64,000 nt of DNA from positions 38,192,001-38,256,000 of the forward strand of contig OZ320322.1 in assembly GCA_976226885.1 (NCBI GenBank), in the 5' to 3' direction. Below the pieces are notes generated by a model, which worked only from the letters and a program-made list of their open reading frames with translations, was not told the origin of the DNA and did not search any database. The translations under genes were made by a program, and so were the position numbers. Origin of the DNA: Iphione sp. A-MEVVRFRX5. Its lineage: Eukaryota. Positions 1 through 14,507 of this stretch are shown here, piece by piece. How positions within the stretch are numbered: position 1 is the first letter of the stretch; each line of letters opens with the position of its first letter.

Positions 1-1384
1 GGAAACAGCCTGAAATTGACCTGCATCGAGAGGTGCCCATATATATTCAAGTTCGACAACGCAGAAGGGCGCCCTTGTAATGTTTGGTCTATGATAGAAG
101 AAGCTTTTATTTTGTTAAAAGATTGCTATATACGAAAGAAACCGATAAAAACTCCCTTAGCCAGTGGCTTGCTTGAAAAAAAGATATACACAGACCACCA
201 AACAATAAGAGCTCACGTAACCTGTCCTTCAGGGACGTTTATGAAAGTCTCGTGGACGACTGTTTTCTAAAGTTACATCATATACCACTTTTTAAAGTAC
301 TCAAGGCTATGTTCATATCCATCAACCTCCCCCTTCCCCCTGGTAGGTGTAGGGTATCATCTACTTGTGATCTACAATCCGGTTAGCATTACTCTCAATT
401 GATTCTCCGTCAACGCATGACGACAAAATACTGAATATATTCAATCAGCGAGTTCTATTTAAAAGGATTCACTGTATCCTTAAAGGTGTATGTTACTTGA
501 AGTGTGGCATGCACCATCTAGTAAAATAACACATTTATGTTTGCAAAGCGCAAAACATAATTTTTTGGAAAGAAAATACATGCAAAAATTTCCAACCTTG
601 TGTACAAAAGCTGGCGAATACGAGGGAGGGGTTTCAGGTACATGCACACATTTTAAACTAATTTTCCAAATGTTCAGTATTTGACCAGATGATTTTATAT
701 GTTTCCTCCCCAATATCGGGAAGTTTCAGGGTAATTAATGTAGGTTCACGTGAAAGTGTCCCATTATCCACGTAAACGAAAAGTGGAAAAGTAAGCCAGC
801 TTCAGTTCAGACAAAGGCTAGCCCTTCATGTTAAGTATTTTGGTATATATGGCGAATAAATGTCAACTGGAGTCAGCTAGATGTATGTAAATCACATATA
901 TTTAATCCTCTCCCAGCTCCCACTGTGATAAATGATCTCACTGGACCATGAGACATTTTTAAATGTCAGCTGGCCGCGCCATGGGTAACCGATCACAAAA
1001 CTAGACGGATCCAGCCCTCGTGCCAGGTCAACTCTCAACGTTCACACATTTGTGTATTCTATACAATTTTGTAAATTCCATGGGGGGGGGGCTGTGGATC
1101 TATCCACCTTACTCTATATGGCCATAAAATTCTGCTTCCGCAGAAATGTACTGCAATAGAATGATCTTTTCACAAAAGTTCTAACATCCCCATTGCAAAC
1201 TAAGACATCCGATGACCAGTACACATGTGCTTGTTTCATTTTTAATATATCTACAGCCATTGAAACCAGGTAGGACATTACGTATATCTTGTAGTCCGAA
1301 TATATGCCTCAAAAGAATACATTAAGACAAGTTTGATGCGAAAATTCGTCCGCCTTTAGCAATGAAAACCAAAAGCGACCCTGG

Positions 1385-1735
1385 GTGGTGGTGTGTGGTT
1401 TAAGTGTCAACACTGCCCAGTTCGTGACCTTATGACCGTGGTCCAGGATACAGGTTACGAATCATATCAACCCATCAGTAGAAGGTAGTGAATCGAGGTT
1501 GGAAAACAATTATCATTTCTAAAACATATATTTAATGCGTTGTAACATAGTCTACATACGTAGATATCTATCCAGCTCAGTATGATATGAGCAGGGTTGC
1601 CTCTTGGTAGCATATCCATGTTCTGTTATAGAGGGAAACTAGTTGTAGGGGAGGGGTGGCTATTGTACATTGAATCACTTGCTGTTAAGTGCCAATAACC
1701 CTGTCCACATGAAAAGAGTCTATACTTTGTATTAT
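1385..1735 (+). mobile_element. Possible tRNA-derived SINE
   Basis: A-box-like TGGTGTGTGG and B-box-like GGTTACGAATC (1453-1463); boundaries approximate. Confidence 0.25.
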
Positions 1736-3524
1736 GACACTATGGGGGGTGACGTCATTGACTTTGAAAGATGAATTCAATTAAGACGTCATTATGTATG
1801 CATGACCTTAATGTATTGGTTTTAAAAAAAAATTGTTGCAAAAAATAATGTACCAGTATTTCCTCATGGAAAATTGCAGCGGACAATGTTGCATAAAGCG
1901 TATCGGTTTCTATCCTCTACCTTTGAGGTGAGCAAGGGCCCTGGACACCATGCGGAAGCAATACTATTTTCCTTCTGTCCAGCGGTTTTTCAGTGACGGA
2001 TGAGGTATTCCTAAAGGTTATCGCTATAGAGTAGACTACATATGTAGTCGTCCTAGCTCACATCGTCCAGATGGTCATCCAAAGGTCAAAACTGAGGCCA
2101 GCAGGGACTTCACTCGAATTCGATCATTTGCATAGACCAAAGGACCGACCTCCTGACATGGAAGATGGACTTCCTTGCATGGTAAGAGGGGTCGTTGTAA
2201 AGAAGGTAAGACATTAGTGTCTTGATTGTCACAGGTATGTATGCTGTGCAGTGTAATCTGAACGATTTACAGGTGATTCAACCCAATACATTGGAAAGAA
2301 AACGCGTGTATACGTATGAGCAGACCACCCCCCCCTCCTTAAAGGTGATGGCTGAACGTTGGTTGGTAAACGCGTGGTTAACAACTAGGAATCAACGGTA
2401 TCTGACGTTCTATACTTGGGCAATCTAACCTATTGTGCATACCAAAGATACTTTATGGATGGTTTATCCTCCTACGACAGGCTGTCAGTTATCCGATACC
2501 CCTTCACAATTAAAATTGCAGGAGGGGTGCAGATTAATACTCCACATATCAGCTTAGGCATGCATACACAATAGACTTCATCGATTTTATCAACCGGAGG
2601 TGGGCTTTTTGTTCAGCCTACAGGTTGTTGCTCACATGGAACTGTTCTCTGGTGCAGGATCTTACTTCAATTTACAGTTATGAAAACTATTGTCCAATTT
2701 GGAAGTTGGACTTCATAAGTTGCAACAGATACAGGTAATTTGCCATAAACAGTTAATGTCATCACCATGTACAGTTGAACCTCATCAACTGGAGACCCAA
2801 CTATACAGGATAACTGCAGAAACTGGACCCCACTTGAGAAACTGATTTTTGTTAGTTTTTAATTATACTATTGAACTAGATTTTATTATCTGTATCTAGA
2901 CTGTATTTTTTACTTCAGAGACTATTATAATGGAATTAATGTTATAACAGGCCCACCCAAACTCAATGGATAACAAAGGGGCCATAGCTTCCTAACAGTA
3001 GACAATACAGGATGTCAACGTGGTGGGGAGGGGGTATGTTTGATATTGCAGCCATTAGGGCTATTTGGCAGGTACAGACAACATATAAAATTTACATACA
3101 CGTTATTATTATACAACATTTCCCTACCAGGAGATGCTAGTGTGCTTGGTTCAACAACTGGATTATCTGGTATCCAGAACAAATATGTGGAAACAGAAGG
3201 CATCTGGTTGACAAGGTTCAACGGCACATGTACAAGTATGGCATGCACACCAAGAACCGTCTACCACCTAATGGAATACCTTTACATGTGTACATATTAT
3301 ATATGCACCCGCCGAATGCCTTTCCATAAAACTATACATTGTAACTAGCAAGACTGTTTCTGTGTACCCAATATACATGCTTTACTAGCTATCCAGGATG
3401 ACAAACTTATGACTATATATTGCCTGTATACTCCTATTTAAAAGACCATCGCACTTTTTACTCGACCATGTAGACCATTTCCACCATTTCTAAAACATTT
3501 TTTTTCTCAATCGCATTGCTTTCA

Positions 3525-4482
3525 CTAATGTTCATGTTGGTGAGCGAGTAGCTGCATGCGAGTGCAACTTGATGTTGGAGGCAGTAAAACATAATAAAAT
3601 GTGCGTTCACACCAGAAGAAACTATGGGCAGACGTACAATAACGAGTGTTTATATACGTATATTTAAAGTCATATTTCAGCGGGACCAAACTTTCGTAAT
3701 AGTTGCCTGCCAGCTCGAACATTTCGATCATGCTCTGTCAGAAACAGTGGTAGCTCTCAGAGATGCATGGTCTCCTGTCCTTTTCACTTTGTGTCAGCTC
3801 GCCATCATTGCATCCACAGTCCTCGGGGCCTTCACCATGGCGGAGCAGTAACCCAACATGCCTGTTTATCTAAACCCGATCGTCCACCGTCGACGTCCGC
3901 CTAACGCCTGTCCCGCCCGAGTCCCGCTGCAATGTTCACTTGCATTGCAGTATTCGGTGGGACTTGGTAATTGAACGGGCACTTTAATAGCGATTTTAAG
4001 ACAGTCCATATACACTTTTATCGCCGCGCTGTCTGATACCGCGCGCGCTATACTAGATAATTATGGGAGGGATTTTCATACGGGGGGGGGGGCTCCGGTT
4101 GAAAAACACCAGGTTAAACGTTCGCGAAATGATGTATTAAGAGACGTTAATTGCACTCAAATCACTATATTGTGTCTGCTGAGTATTGCTGCCCCCCTCG
4201 ACCCCTTCCTCCCTTCAGGGAGATCTGTTAGCCGATAAGGGCAATCACCTTAATTGTGTGCGTCATACTTTATAGGTATTGCTGCAGACAGCAGACGTCG
4301 TCCTCCATCTTAAACCCTGGCTTGTTATGAATGGAATAACTAATAACTTACTTACCAGTCAGCCCGAGACGGTTCCAGACAGGAAGCTTTGCCCGCCGTC
4401 GTCGATGGGGCAATTCGCAGTCAGTGGTTGGCGCCCTGGTCGCTTAGTTTTTCTCCAGCTCCTCCAGAAGTTCCGACGCCAT
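3525..4482 (-). pseudogene. Two-exon degenerate coding remnant (4482-4356 and 3861-3525)
   Basis: ttATGGCG start, CTG|GTAAGT donor, aaacag| acceptor. The joined frame reads MASELLEELEK~LSDQGANH*LRIAPS...ADWHVGLLLRHGEGPEDCGC...HCF*QSMIEMFELAGNYYESLV with 1 frameshift and 2 stops. Confidence 0.25.
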
Positions 4483-6283
4483 AAGACACTAAGATGGCGC
4501 TTATAACATCCTGTAAAAGCGTCGTCAGATGGGTGTGCACGTTGATCCGAATGCTGCTCGTTACGGCCTGCTGATCTGTGAGAGGGGCCCGGCCAGACAA
4601 TTCTGAATACCCACCCTCCCCTCTGAACTCCTCCCCCCTTCCCACCCACCCACCTACCAGCTGCCTCAGTCTCCCACCCACCGCTATAACCCACCACACC
4701 CCTTGAGGTGGGGGGCCTCCAGACACGACCCAACCCCCAGTTACGGAATCCCGTCGACGAGTCTGCCGGCCATGTTGGATTCAGGCTCCCAACCTCATAA
4801 CCCTGTCTCCCCCTCCCACATCAACCCATCCCACCCACCCGTCCGCCCACCCACATATATACGCATCCTCCCACCCAGTCACCACCAGCGCTCTATCCAT
4901 GTCATTATAGGCACTCTCTCTCCTCAACACCGTTGGCACATGACACCCCCAGTGGTTTCCACTCCCATGCCGTCCAATATAACAGTGGCGAAATGTAGTG
5001 CGGTCCCAATCATAGACCAAGAGGGACTGGTCCCAAGACAGTCCTTCATGCAGGCTATTAATCCCCCATGGCAGTCTTCCACGGGCCCACACAATCCAAA
5101 CTGGACCGAGCTACAAGCAGACATTAAATCAATATTTTTCTACAAATGCCTGGACCAAAATCCAAGATAATAGCCTGGCCTGCTCCTTGACTACCGAGGC
5201 CTGAGGTATTTGAGTGCCTGGGACCTTGACATGTCTCCACCCGGGACTATGAAACTATGCTATATTGCAAGTTACCTATGATACTGAACTGTTATTATTA
5301 AGGAGCTCGGTATCAGCCTGTCTTAGTAATAGCTATGCAGTGACCTTCTCCTCAATATATTTCCTTTATTAAAAATGAACAGGATTTAGAAGGCATCTCA
5401 AACTCTACAGGGATTGGGGAGGATCGTATCGTTTTCCTAAGTGTGAATAGTATATATGCACATATATTTAGACTTCGCTTATTTACGAAAAATGCAATGA
5501 ATAATGCAATAAAGAAAATATCCAACCAAATGCGTTATCAGCATTTGAATAAGACATAAATCCCATATGAGTCGACTAAAGTTACAAATGCCCTTTTCCT
5601 CCTACAGCCGCAGTTAGAGGTAAACTTCGTGTTGCAGACTTAACTTTTACTTCTGTTAAGAAATACATTGTACATGTTTTGGATGGTGTTAGGATATTTA
5701 CAAGCTGGATGCCATTAAATATGTCTGAATTTCACACAAACGCTATCGGCAAGTGTCACTTGGCTGCATATGATGATAATACTAAAGAAACAACAGTGAA
5801 TGTATATTCCACATTAAAGCACTGCCAATCAACACGGTTTCCTATAGGAACCAAAAATTAAGTGGCCTTTACCTTTCATGCATTCTGTGGGATATATTTT
5901 ATTGAGTGCTTTCTTTTTGCATCAAGTATAGATCTTTTGTAACCAGTCCGTCAAACAATTCATTCACTCCTCACATCATTCTTTTATCACTGTGAGGTGT
6001 TTACCGCAAAGTCTCAACCAATATAGACTACAAGCAAATCACATCCCATGTACTTGTTCTCCATGTTTTATAGTCTGAGTGAAAACAATTTCCCACACCT
6101 ACACCTAAACCTCTAGGCTCCACGTTGTACCTTTCTACCCGATGCCTGGCCCTCACCGTTCTTTGGCTTGTTCTGTTTGTCTCTCGAGACACGTCGCCCA
6201 GTACAGCAGTATAACCGCACCCACCCACCCGCCCCATCAGACAGACTCTCTTTAGGTTGATGTATCACCTGTACCTCCCGCCT

Positions 6284-6305
6284 ATTGGTGCAATCTGACC
6301 ACGTG
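6284..6305 (-). promoter_or_regulatory. E-box-11bp-CCAAT composite
   Basis: Minus strand CACGTG gtcagattgca CCAAT. Confidence 0.5.
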
Positions 6306-9300
6306 GTCTAATTAGCATACGCGTTGGTGGCGGTGGTTCGAGTGATGGTGGTCGTTGGGGAGGAGGGGGTGAGAGCGCCAGAGACTCCCCAGGTTGGTGG
6401 TCGGTTTTAGAGAGTGTTTTGACGATGGAAGATGATACGATATTTCTGAAGAAAACTGTTCTCCTGAGATAATATCCATAATCTGCCTTCAAAGCAATAA
6501 GGCACAGAGATACTTATTTATTTAAAAAGAAAACCCAACGTTTATTATTTTCAAAATAATATTGGGGATAAAAACATCTTTTCACAAAATATTTGGCATA
6601 TAGAAACGCTAAATCATAGGTTATAAGTTCTTGAGGTCCCCCTTCTGGTATAATCCATATACATGTACATGTAGTGTGAAGAGAGAGAGCTTGCCGAGAA
6701 CGTGAGTCACGGGAAGAAATGTAGGGCCGATGTTGGCGGCTAGAGGGAGAGACTGGGCCATCCCGACACCGCTAAAACAACGCCGCAACCGACCTCCACT
6801 GCTGCTGCTGCTCACCACCATGCAGCACCCCTCAGCAGGGCAGCCAGACTCTAATCGCTACGCCTGCCAGACATTCTACTGCTCTGGCTGGAATAGGAAT
6901 GGTCTAGTTAAGGTTGATAAGAGCCGGCCGGCCCTGCTCACATATGTATAACAAATGGACACATGTATATATGCATGCACGTGGAAGGGAAGAGCGATTA
7001 CAGCGCTGCAGTGTGCCCAATTAATTTTGTCGTTCTGGCAGAGACCTTTTGTATTCCGAACACCGCATTGTAATCAATTGCTTCATGTTTAAAGACGATT
7101 GGAGATGGAGACGATAGAATAATTCCCCTGCGCATTATCACGTGAGAACTTCGTTCTCATTCATTACTGATTGTTTGTGGTTTGTTTTAAGTCGTGTGCA
7201 TATTGACTGGTATTTACAGGTTTTAATTGTTTACGACGTTTTCTCGGAGATGAAAAATAAGACCGCTCATGACAAAAATGAATTAAATCTTGCATCAAAT
7301 TAACCAGGAAAAGCCACATAAAAGGGCCGACTGGCATGCAAACGAGACAGGGACGCAAGCATTCCTTCGTGCAATTTTTCATTTTGAAAAATGTACACAT
7401 TAATTTGAGATTAGACGAAACTAATGAACCATGAAGCAGCACGTAATGAATTAACGTAAACATTAATTCCTTCTTGAATTTCTATAAATAGATTTTTTTC
7501 CATGAAGATTGGCGGATGATCGATAGAAGTAAATATATATTCAGTCATCATGTAAAGTAAACGTGACGTTCTTACAGTAAAATCAATTATCAGTCTAATC
7601 GATTGCTTACTTTGTGAAAAAAAATTGCGAATGACCGGTGAAAGAAAGTACAAGTGTACCTTTAATTTTGGTGACATATCCGTCTTTCGCTATGTCCTCC
7701 CTACATGGTGAAAAACGTTATGTACCTATGGAGATTCATGATTGGTACTCTCTCATGTTACGACCTGTGAATTCTGGCAACCATATCAACAAGATGTCCT
7801 TGAAATCATCTTCCCGCATCATCCGAGGCACCGCGTTTGTGTTTTATATATTTGATGCGATGAAGCCGATGGAAATTGTATCACCCAAAGATGTGTTGGT
7901 GTATATTTTACGATAGAAATCCATCAGTCTACAGTAGTAATAAAGGGCTGTAACAAACCGCAGTGAATAGTGCACTGCTGCCGTTCTGTTGATCAGAGCT
8001 CAGCGAAAGCCGCGGAAGCAGTAGAATTGACACGGCGGCGCTGAGTATTCCTGACGAAAAGTACACCGAGCCTGATTAATAACTATGGCTGAAATGGAAA
8101 TGGATATATTTATTAAAAACACGATCATATACTTGAAAAAAATTTCAGGAATACATGGGGTTATTTACCCAGTAGGTTTTCATTTTAAAAAGAAGCCAGG
8201 GTTTGGGAATTCGAATAGACGCGCCATGACAGTCAACGAAGGGCCACTGTGGCTTCAATTCTCGCCGTGGAGGCAAACTATAGGTTGATGTGAGCAGACA
8301 CACGTACTGAAAGGTTCCTCATTCGCTAACTACACATAGAAAAATTATCAGACTGCTTCTTCCAAATTGAGACGTATTTCAGTAAGCCTACGAATGGTAC
8401 ATCATACCCACAACACCAGGAGAAATCGCGAAATTTATATCCTAAATATGTTGGTTCAGAACCTTTAAAGCATGGTCGGCAACATGGTGTCACGGTGCCA
8501 AGGCTTCGGTCGGATGAAAAGCAAATGCATTCTGTCATATCACTATACACAAAGCCGTCTCTTTCTGCCATCCGAAGCTACACGTACATCGAAATCCTGT
8601 TTGAAGGAGGAGTAGGATTTCTTTGAAACAAACAAAAGCATGATTCAATCCTCGATTAACTTTGGAAAGTATACTGTGATAAACATATCTACCTACGTAA
8701 AACAGTAATATTTTTCTAGAAGAAAATGTATTAATCTAAGGGAAAGGAACACAAAGGGAAAGTTGCTGCCGCCTACGCCAAGTTCCAATAAAGGGAATCA
8801 AGCGCAGGAGTTAAATATCGAAGGTTATTTTTTCCCCATGCAGCCGACCAAATCATTTGCACCTCAGACTTTGGCGCCAGTTTCTACCGGTCCTCTCAAA
8901 TAGAAAGGAAACGATTCCATATATTAGGTGATACAATCGACAGGGGTGTCTACGTTGTTCTGTAATATGCAACGCTTGCTAACGGCCAACCCAATATTTA
9001 CTCGTGCTCCTAAACATCCATCTTCGTGGTTCCCAGCCCCCTATTTTGCCAAGTGTAATCAGCGTAAATAACAAGAGGCAAAGGGTCAAGAAATATTTCA
9101 TGCTTTAATTATTGGTGGGAATCTAGCCTGTCGTGTCTACTGCACGTGTCCTTGATCCCAATGCCCACTTTTTTCTCATTCTGAGCGCCAGAAGTTTGTT
9201 CCATCGACACTGCTATAGGCTACAGAGTTTCGCTATAAATCCAAGCAGCAGAACGACTTTATTCATAACCATCCCTGTTGTTGCCTTCAGATGGTCACTT

Positions 9301-10537
9301 ACTATTAATGATTTGAACGTTTGTACCACTTAAGTAAGACTATGAAAAGCATCTTCGACATTTTATAGTGGAACAAAAAAGTATCTTTATATGTTAAGAC
9401 GCGGACTATGTTTTCACTACCGTGTGCGCTACTAAGTATGTGGCCAGCCGGAGCCTCCTCTCCCCCTTATACCTGTTACATATATATGTGTCTTGTTGTC
9501 CTGTTTGCTTTTCCGTTGGGAGATATTCTATGTGATTACACAGTTTTGACTATGATGCACATTACATGTCGAATTGTGTGTCCTTATAAATAACTTCTAA
9601 GGGCAGTCTATTTTAGGGAAACTAAACTGTATGTGTGTGGGGGGATGTAAATATTACCCACTTACAAGGTATATGTGATAAAGATATTCAAGTCAAAAAA
9701 ACTTCATAAAATGAAAAGAAGCCAATATTAATTTTAAGGTCGGATTTCGCATGTCGCATATTGAAGACGAAATTTCGCATGTCGCATATCGAAAGTTTCA
9801 ACAGTGGGTTCGACCAAGGCCCCCCACTAAGTGTCCACTGAAGATAAGATCAAGGTGTGTCAATGTCTTTCCAGGTGTGCCTCCCGTTCCTTCGGGTCAG
9901 AGGCTGTAGCTCCGCCCCAGGTCCCGAGAAGCTGAGATCTCCCACCTGGTCTTCGCAACAAGTAGGTAGCCCATTTACGAATAACTGTGTTTCTTTTGCA
10001 GTTTCAATCGCTAGTGATGAACTTCAGCGTCAGCACAAGGTTAGTTCAATATATAATCTCGTTCTCTCTTGTATCTGTTATATATACATGTATATGTATA
10101 AATGTAGTGTCCACTTGTATTATACTTCACACATAGACATCATTGTTCAGGAAGGATAAGAATATTTTTGTCACACAAAAAAAAACATTTCTCTAAAAAG
10201 GAATTGGCATTCTTCTTGACAAATGGGAGAGGTTTTTAGGTGCAGATAAGAAAAAAATGCAAATCTGGCTAGGCGAGACGAACTTCTGGGGAACTTCAAT
10301 CCATTTGCTCTCAGACAGGTTTATCATCAACGACCACAGATTGTATCGGATGTTTCCTGTTTTTGTTCGGTTTAATTTATTCTGTCATGTATATATAATG
10401 TATTCTGTGTTCCTATCCTATCTTTTGCCACCTCTTTTTTTCCCTTTTGTCGACACTTTCTTTGTTCTGTTTCCTCTCTCTTTTCTCCATCTGGTAACGC
10501 CTCTCAACTCCTGTTGCCTTTCGTCATCCGTAGCCCA

Positions 10538-10551
10538 CTCTCTCTCTCCCT

Positions 10552-10594
<43 letters not shown>
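10538..10594. repeat. (TC)n compound microsatellite
   Basis: Direct reading. Confidence 0.95.
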
Positions 10595-13500
10595 CTTGTT
10601 CCTTTCTTTCTCCACCACCTATTTCGTTTTGTCGTGATATTTTTCTCACTCTTTCTATCCATCTTTGTCTATTTTGGTGTCCGCCACTTTTTCGCCCCCC
10701 CTCCCCTTAATTTTACTGATTCCCGATCTCTCGCCCGGATCCCATCTCGATTTCTACCTCTCTGCTTCTACGTTTTGCACTTAATCAGCTGCATGTAAAT
10801 GTGCCTGTCCCTGTCCCTGTCAACCATCTGTGCTGCCGGCCGATGCTTGATGTCAGACAGGATAGACAGCAGTGAGGACAACGCACGTTAGCAACAGGTC
10901 TGGGCCCGACGAAGCCTGCTCTTATTCGTATTTATTGACATGACATTTGATCAATAATGATGCCCTACCAGCTGGCTAGTCTATAGACCACCCCTTGCAT
11001 AATATATGCCATTACATGATCAGGACGCATACCGACGCCAGCAAAAGAACCATACTACTTTGGGGGGAGGGGGGCAATTTGGACTGGCTGCACGTGCGTC
11101 CATGCCAGGCAGAGCCTTGATTTTATCATCAAGGGATTTTTTAACGTATAAATCATGTCAATGTCTACATCTATGTCCTATCATTTGTGATTGATGGTGT
11201 CATCGGAAATCGATACAAGTGTCCCTGCTTCAACCGTCGATGTTCGAAAAAAAAAACTTCCCATCCAGCCTGTTGATACTCCTATCTACGTACGCTGAAA
11301 AATATCTCCTGTACGTTTTAAAGAATGATTTCATGCAGCATTGATAGACAATGTTGTATATCATACATATATGTATATACATGTATCTGTTTTTGTTTTA
11401 TGGTGCTTATATTGTGTTGAGTGTCTGATTTGTTATTCTTCCCGAATGTCTTTGATCTCTAGTTAGGTAGCTTGATTTCTTTCATCTGTGAATAATGTAT
11501 CAACAAAAAACATAGATACTCCTATATATTGTCTGCCTAAACAAAATTATTGCAGGTCCCCTCCAGATAACAGTTAATCTTAACGAATGTGTGTTTTTAC
11601 AAAACCTGTTTCCTTGAAATTAGCCACATATCATTGGGATGCACTGGGAAGGATCCTAAACAATTGAATCGTAGCTATGGATGGCAATGCTATATTGTTG
11701 TGAACGGTTTGCATATAAGCCTACAGAGCAATCATACCGATATCGTTTCAGGAAAAAAATATAATGCAAAGTTTCTTACATTTTGTTTCCTGCAATGCCT
11801 AGAATTTATCGTCATATGTTAGTTTAATAACCGTACTGTGTAATATATTTCTCAAATTCTAACTGGTAATTATACGACCTTAACATAACCTGAGACAAAA
11901 ACCGGTGTCTACGTTTGCGGACAGGGTCTAGCCTAGGGCCCTATTAACCTGGAAACCGAAGCAAGAAAACGAGAATAGCCGCCGAGATTGTTTACATAGA
12001 AACAAACACTGTTGAACAATTAAAATTACTGTAGGAAAAAAAACACTGCAAAGACTAAGCGATGGCTTAGCCAGGCATTCCGGCGCGGAGTGTGATGGAA
12101 GTGTCTGGAAAAGTTGCATCAAAGGCGAGACTGTCTCCGAAAGGATCGAGTAATGGCGTCGACGCTTGTCTTTTAGACAAATATCGCTATACGAACGACA
12201 GCTTCCTATAAAATAATTACAGCTGAAAACAACTGAGATATCATCTTAAACACTGGTGATATATGCACTCAATTATTTCATGTTTACCAAGCTATACTCC
12301 CTCCTGTTTTTTAGTTGATACTTCTTTCATATCCTGATGGTAATTCCATCTAATGTATGGTGCTTGTAACAACAGTCACCAAATAGCACAACCATGAAAT
12401 CTCTAAGAGATGGCAATGCTCGCCAGCATCGGTTACGTGCATGTGCATGTAAATTCATGAAAACAATTTGGGTGTTGGGAAAATCTAAGCTCGTGTGAAG
12501 CAGAACGTCGGGTAAACAGTTCCCACACCTCCGTTGGAGAGAGAGAGAAGCTGTATAGTCAGTCCGTGTGAAAAAAGATGCAACTGACAAATACGCACAC
12601 TTAGTGGTCTGTGATCCTCTCCATGCTTCTAAATGTTCCTGTTTGTCGGCCGGGGTGCAATAGATTAGACTCCTTTGGGGTATTTGGAAGCAGCTTTTCT
12701 CGAACACGAATTGCTAGCTGCCAACGTTTAGGTATTTCCGGGATGTTTTCTTCAAACAAGTGTGCCATGACGCCATTTTGAACTTCTCTTCTGAGCTCAC
12801 CCCTGCGTACTGACCTCGGCGAAAGATTATGGGAAAAGAGGGCGACACGTGCTACAAACTATTCCCCAAATAAAAAGAGTTTCTCCCAAATTCCTGACAT
12901 AATGCTGGATTCTATTATATTTTCTTTGGAATATGACAGGGCATATCTACCTAATATTCACCCCGGTATGTTGCTCGACAGATAACATAGCACATTTCTA
13001 GGTTCATAATCATAACATGATTTTAGAAATCGTTTAGGTGCTTTCTGCGACCTCCTCAGTCTTAGCACATCAAAATAGTTTATACCCATGAACGTCTTCT
13101 GCAATTATTGATTATCATGCCGAAGGCATTATTGAACGAGCGTGAAGAAGTGCCTGCATTCAACATAGCGATCTATATTTTAAACGTCTACCTCTCACAG
13201 CCAACACAAAGACAACTTCATTATCAAATATGTAATTGGTACATTTGTACCACTTAGTTCTATTTAAAAATTCTCACTGGCTGATAGTAGCCGCGTATTT
13301 TCAGTACCAGTACCTACTCAGATTTGGCATCGTGTTTGTGCCGAACGAAGAAACTTTTCAAAGCGTCAGAAAATTTAAAGAATACAACTACAACCAACCA
13401 ATATCTAACAACGATTTCTACCAAAACCTAAAGGAGCAACAAACAATAGTTGAAAACTGTTAGCGATTTGCCGAGGACGAGTCAGAGAAAGACAAAGAAA

Positions 13501-14297
13501 ATGTAAAGTTTCAAACCGTAGAGAGTACACACGGAGAAGGGTTCCAGAAACCATGTGAAACTAACAAGGGACATAGAAGAATGGTCTTATCGCATCCACC
13601 CAGCCATTCAGGGTTTCAGGCCGGAACACCTATATCCATTGACAAGTTGCAGGCATGACAGAGGTCATACAGAGTTCAAAGCCCTCGGTAGTAAAGACCA
13701 AGGGTCTCTCTTTATCTACCTTAAGAAAAACAGAGCTAAAAACATTTCTAACCAGCCTAACATGTTTTTCCTCTCTGTATATCGACATAGCTAAGATGGT
13801 AGGACAGAAAGGTGAGCTAAGCAATAGTGCTCGCGTATTTTGTGGTACTGATTTAGCGTGCGAACTTTATAAGTGTAATGTGTAAGGCAACTGGTTCGCG
13901 TATGAGGGTCCATTGAATGTAAACTGGATGACCCACATCGATGATGTCATCGACAAATTTTATAGTTAAGAAGAACGTATATTTAAGATCGAAAAATAAA
14001 ATGCACCCACCCACACCCCCACCAAAGAACCTTTTTCAAAACGTTACATTCGGATGATGATTTAGAATAATGCCATAGATAGTTCGGGAGTTAATATGGA
14101 ACGATCCGGATCTATTTAGAAACTCGAGCCAAACTAACTAACTTTCGTGTTCAACCCACCCCAGAAGAATCCACCATCAGACGGAGAAACATTTGGCAGT
14201 ATATAGCAGGCAGCCATCTATGGACCTGGGCAGTGATGTAACCCCGAGCAACATGGAGGCCCGATGCGGCAGGCAAGAAAAAGTGTGCAGTACTCAC

Positions 14298-14312
14298 CGC
14301 CTTGTTGTGCAT
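14298..14312 (-). CDS. Candidate alternative first coding exon (MHNKA), phase 0
   Basis: actATGCACAACAAGGCG|GTGAGTAC, about 170 bp downstream of a promoter-like cluster (GGTCACGTGACC, CCAAT, AGGTCA half-sites at 14430-14510). Confidence 0.45.
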
Positions 14313-14467
14313 AGTGGCTTTGGCAATTTTTTTTCTTCGGCGTTCGGTTAAAAGGCAGCTTCCCAGTGGGTGGTGTCCCATCTATTAGTGGTCAGTTATC
14401 GTTAATTGAAATATTCACTCAGTTTTGCACTCACTGGAGGTCAACGACAGTGGCCGCCAACCAACGC

Positions 14468-14507
14468 AAGGTCATCAACATAGGTCACGTGACCGCCGAC
14501 AACCAAT
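14468..14507 (+). promoter_or_regulatory. CAAGGTCA / AGGTCA half-sites overlapping GGTCACGTGACC, with E-box-11bp-CCAAT composite
   Basis: caaggtcatcaacataggtcacgtgaccgccgacaaccaat. Confidence 0.55.

Noticed and set aside
6268-6446. Symmetric phase-2 proline-rich minus-strand exons (6446-6268 and about 23310-22975)
   Set aside because: Incompatible with the phase-0 exon series; they overlap promoter motifs, and openness is explained by C-rich composition.
9962-10001. 40-nt intron splitting the plus-strand segment
   Set aside because: Below the usual minimal spliceosomal intron size; treated as one segment or an alternative acceptor.
10257-10798. Long ORFs at 10257-10798, 19150-19338, 52770-53293 and 56758-57000
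   Set aside because: They are artefacts of stop-free (TC/GA)n microsatellites and pyrimidine tracts.
12327-12770. THAP-like or transposase fragment
   Set aside because: Only a vague W..AIR pattern; the C2CH signature is not recoverable in any frame.
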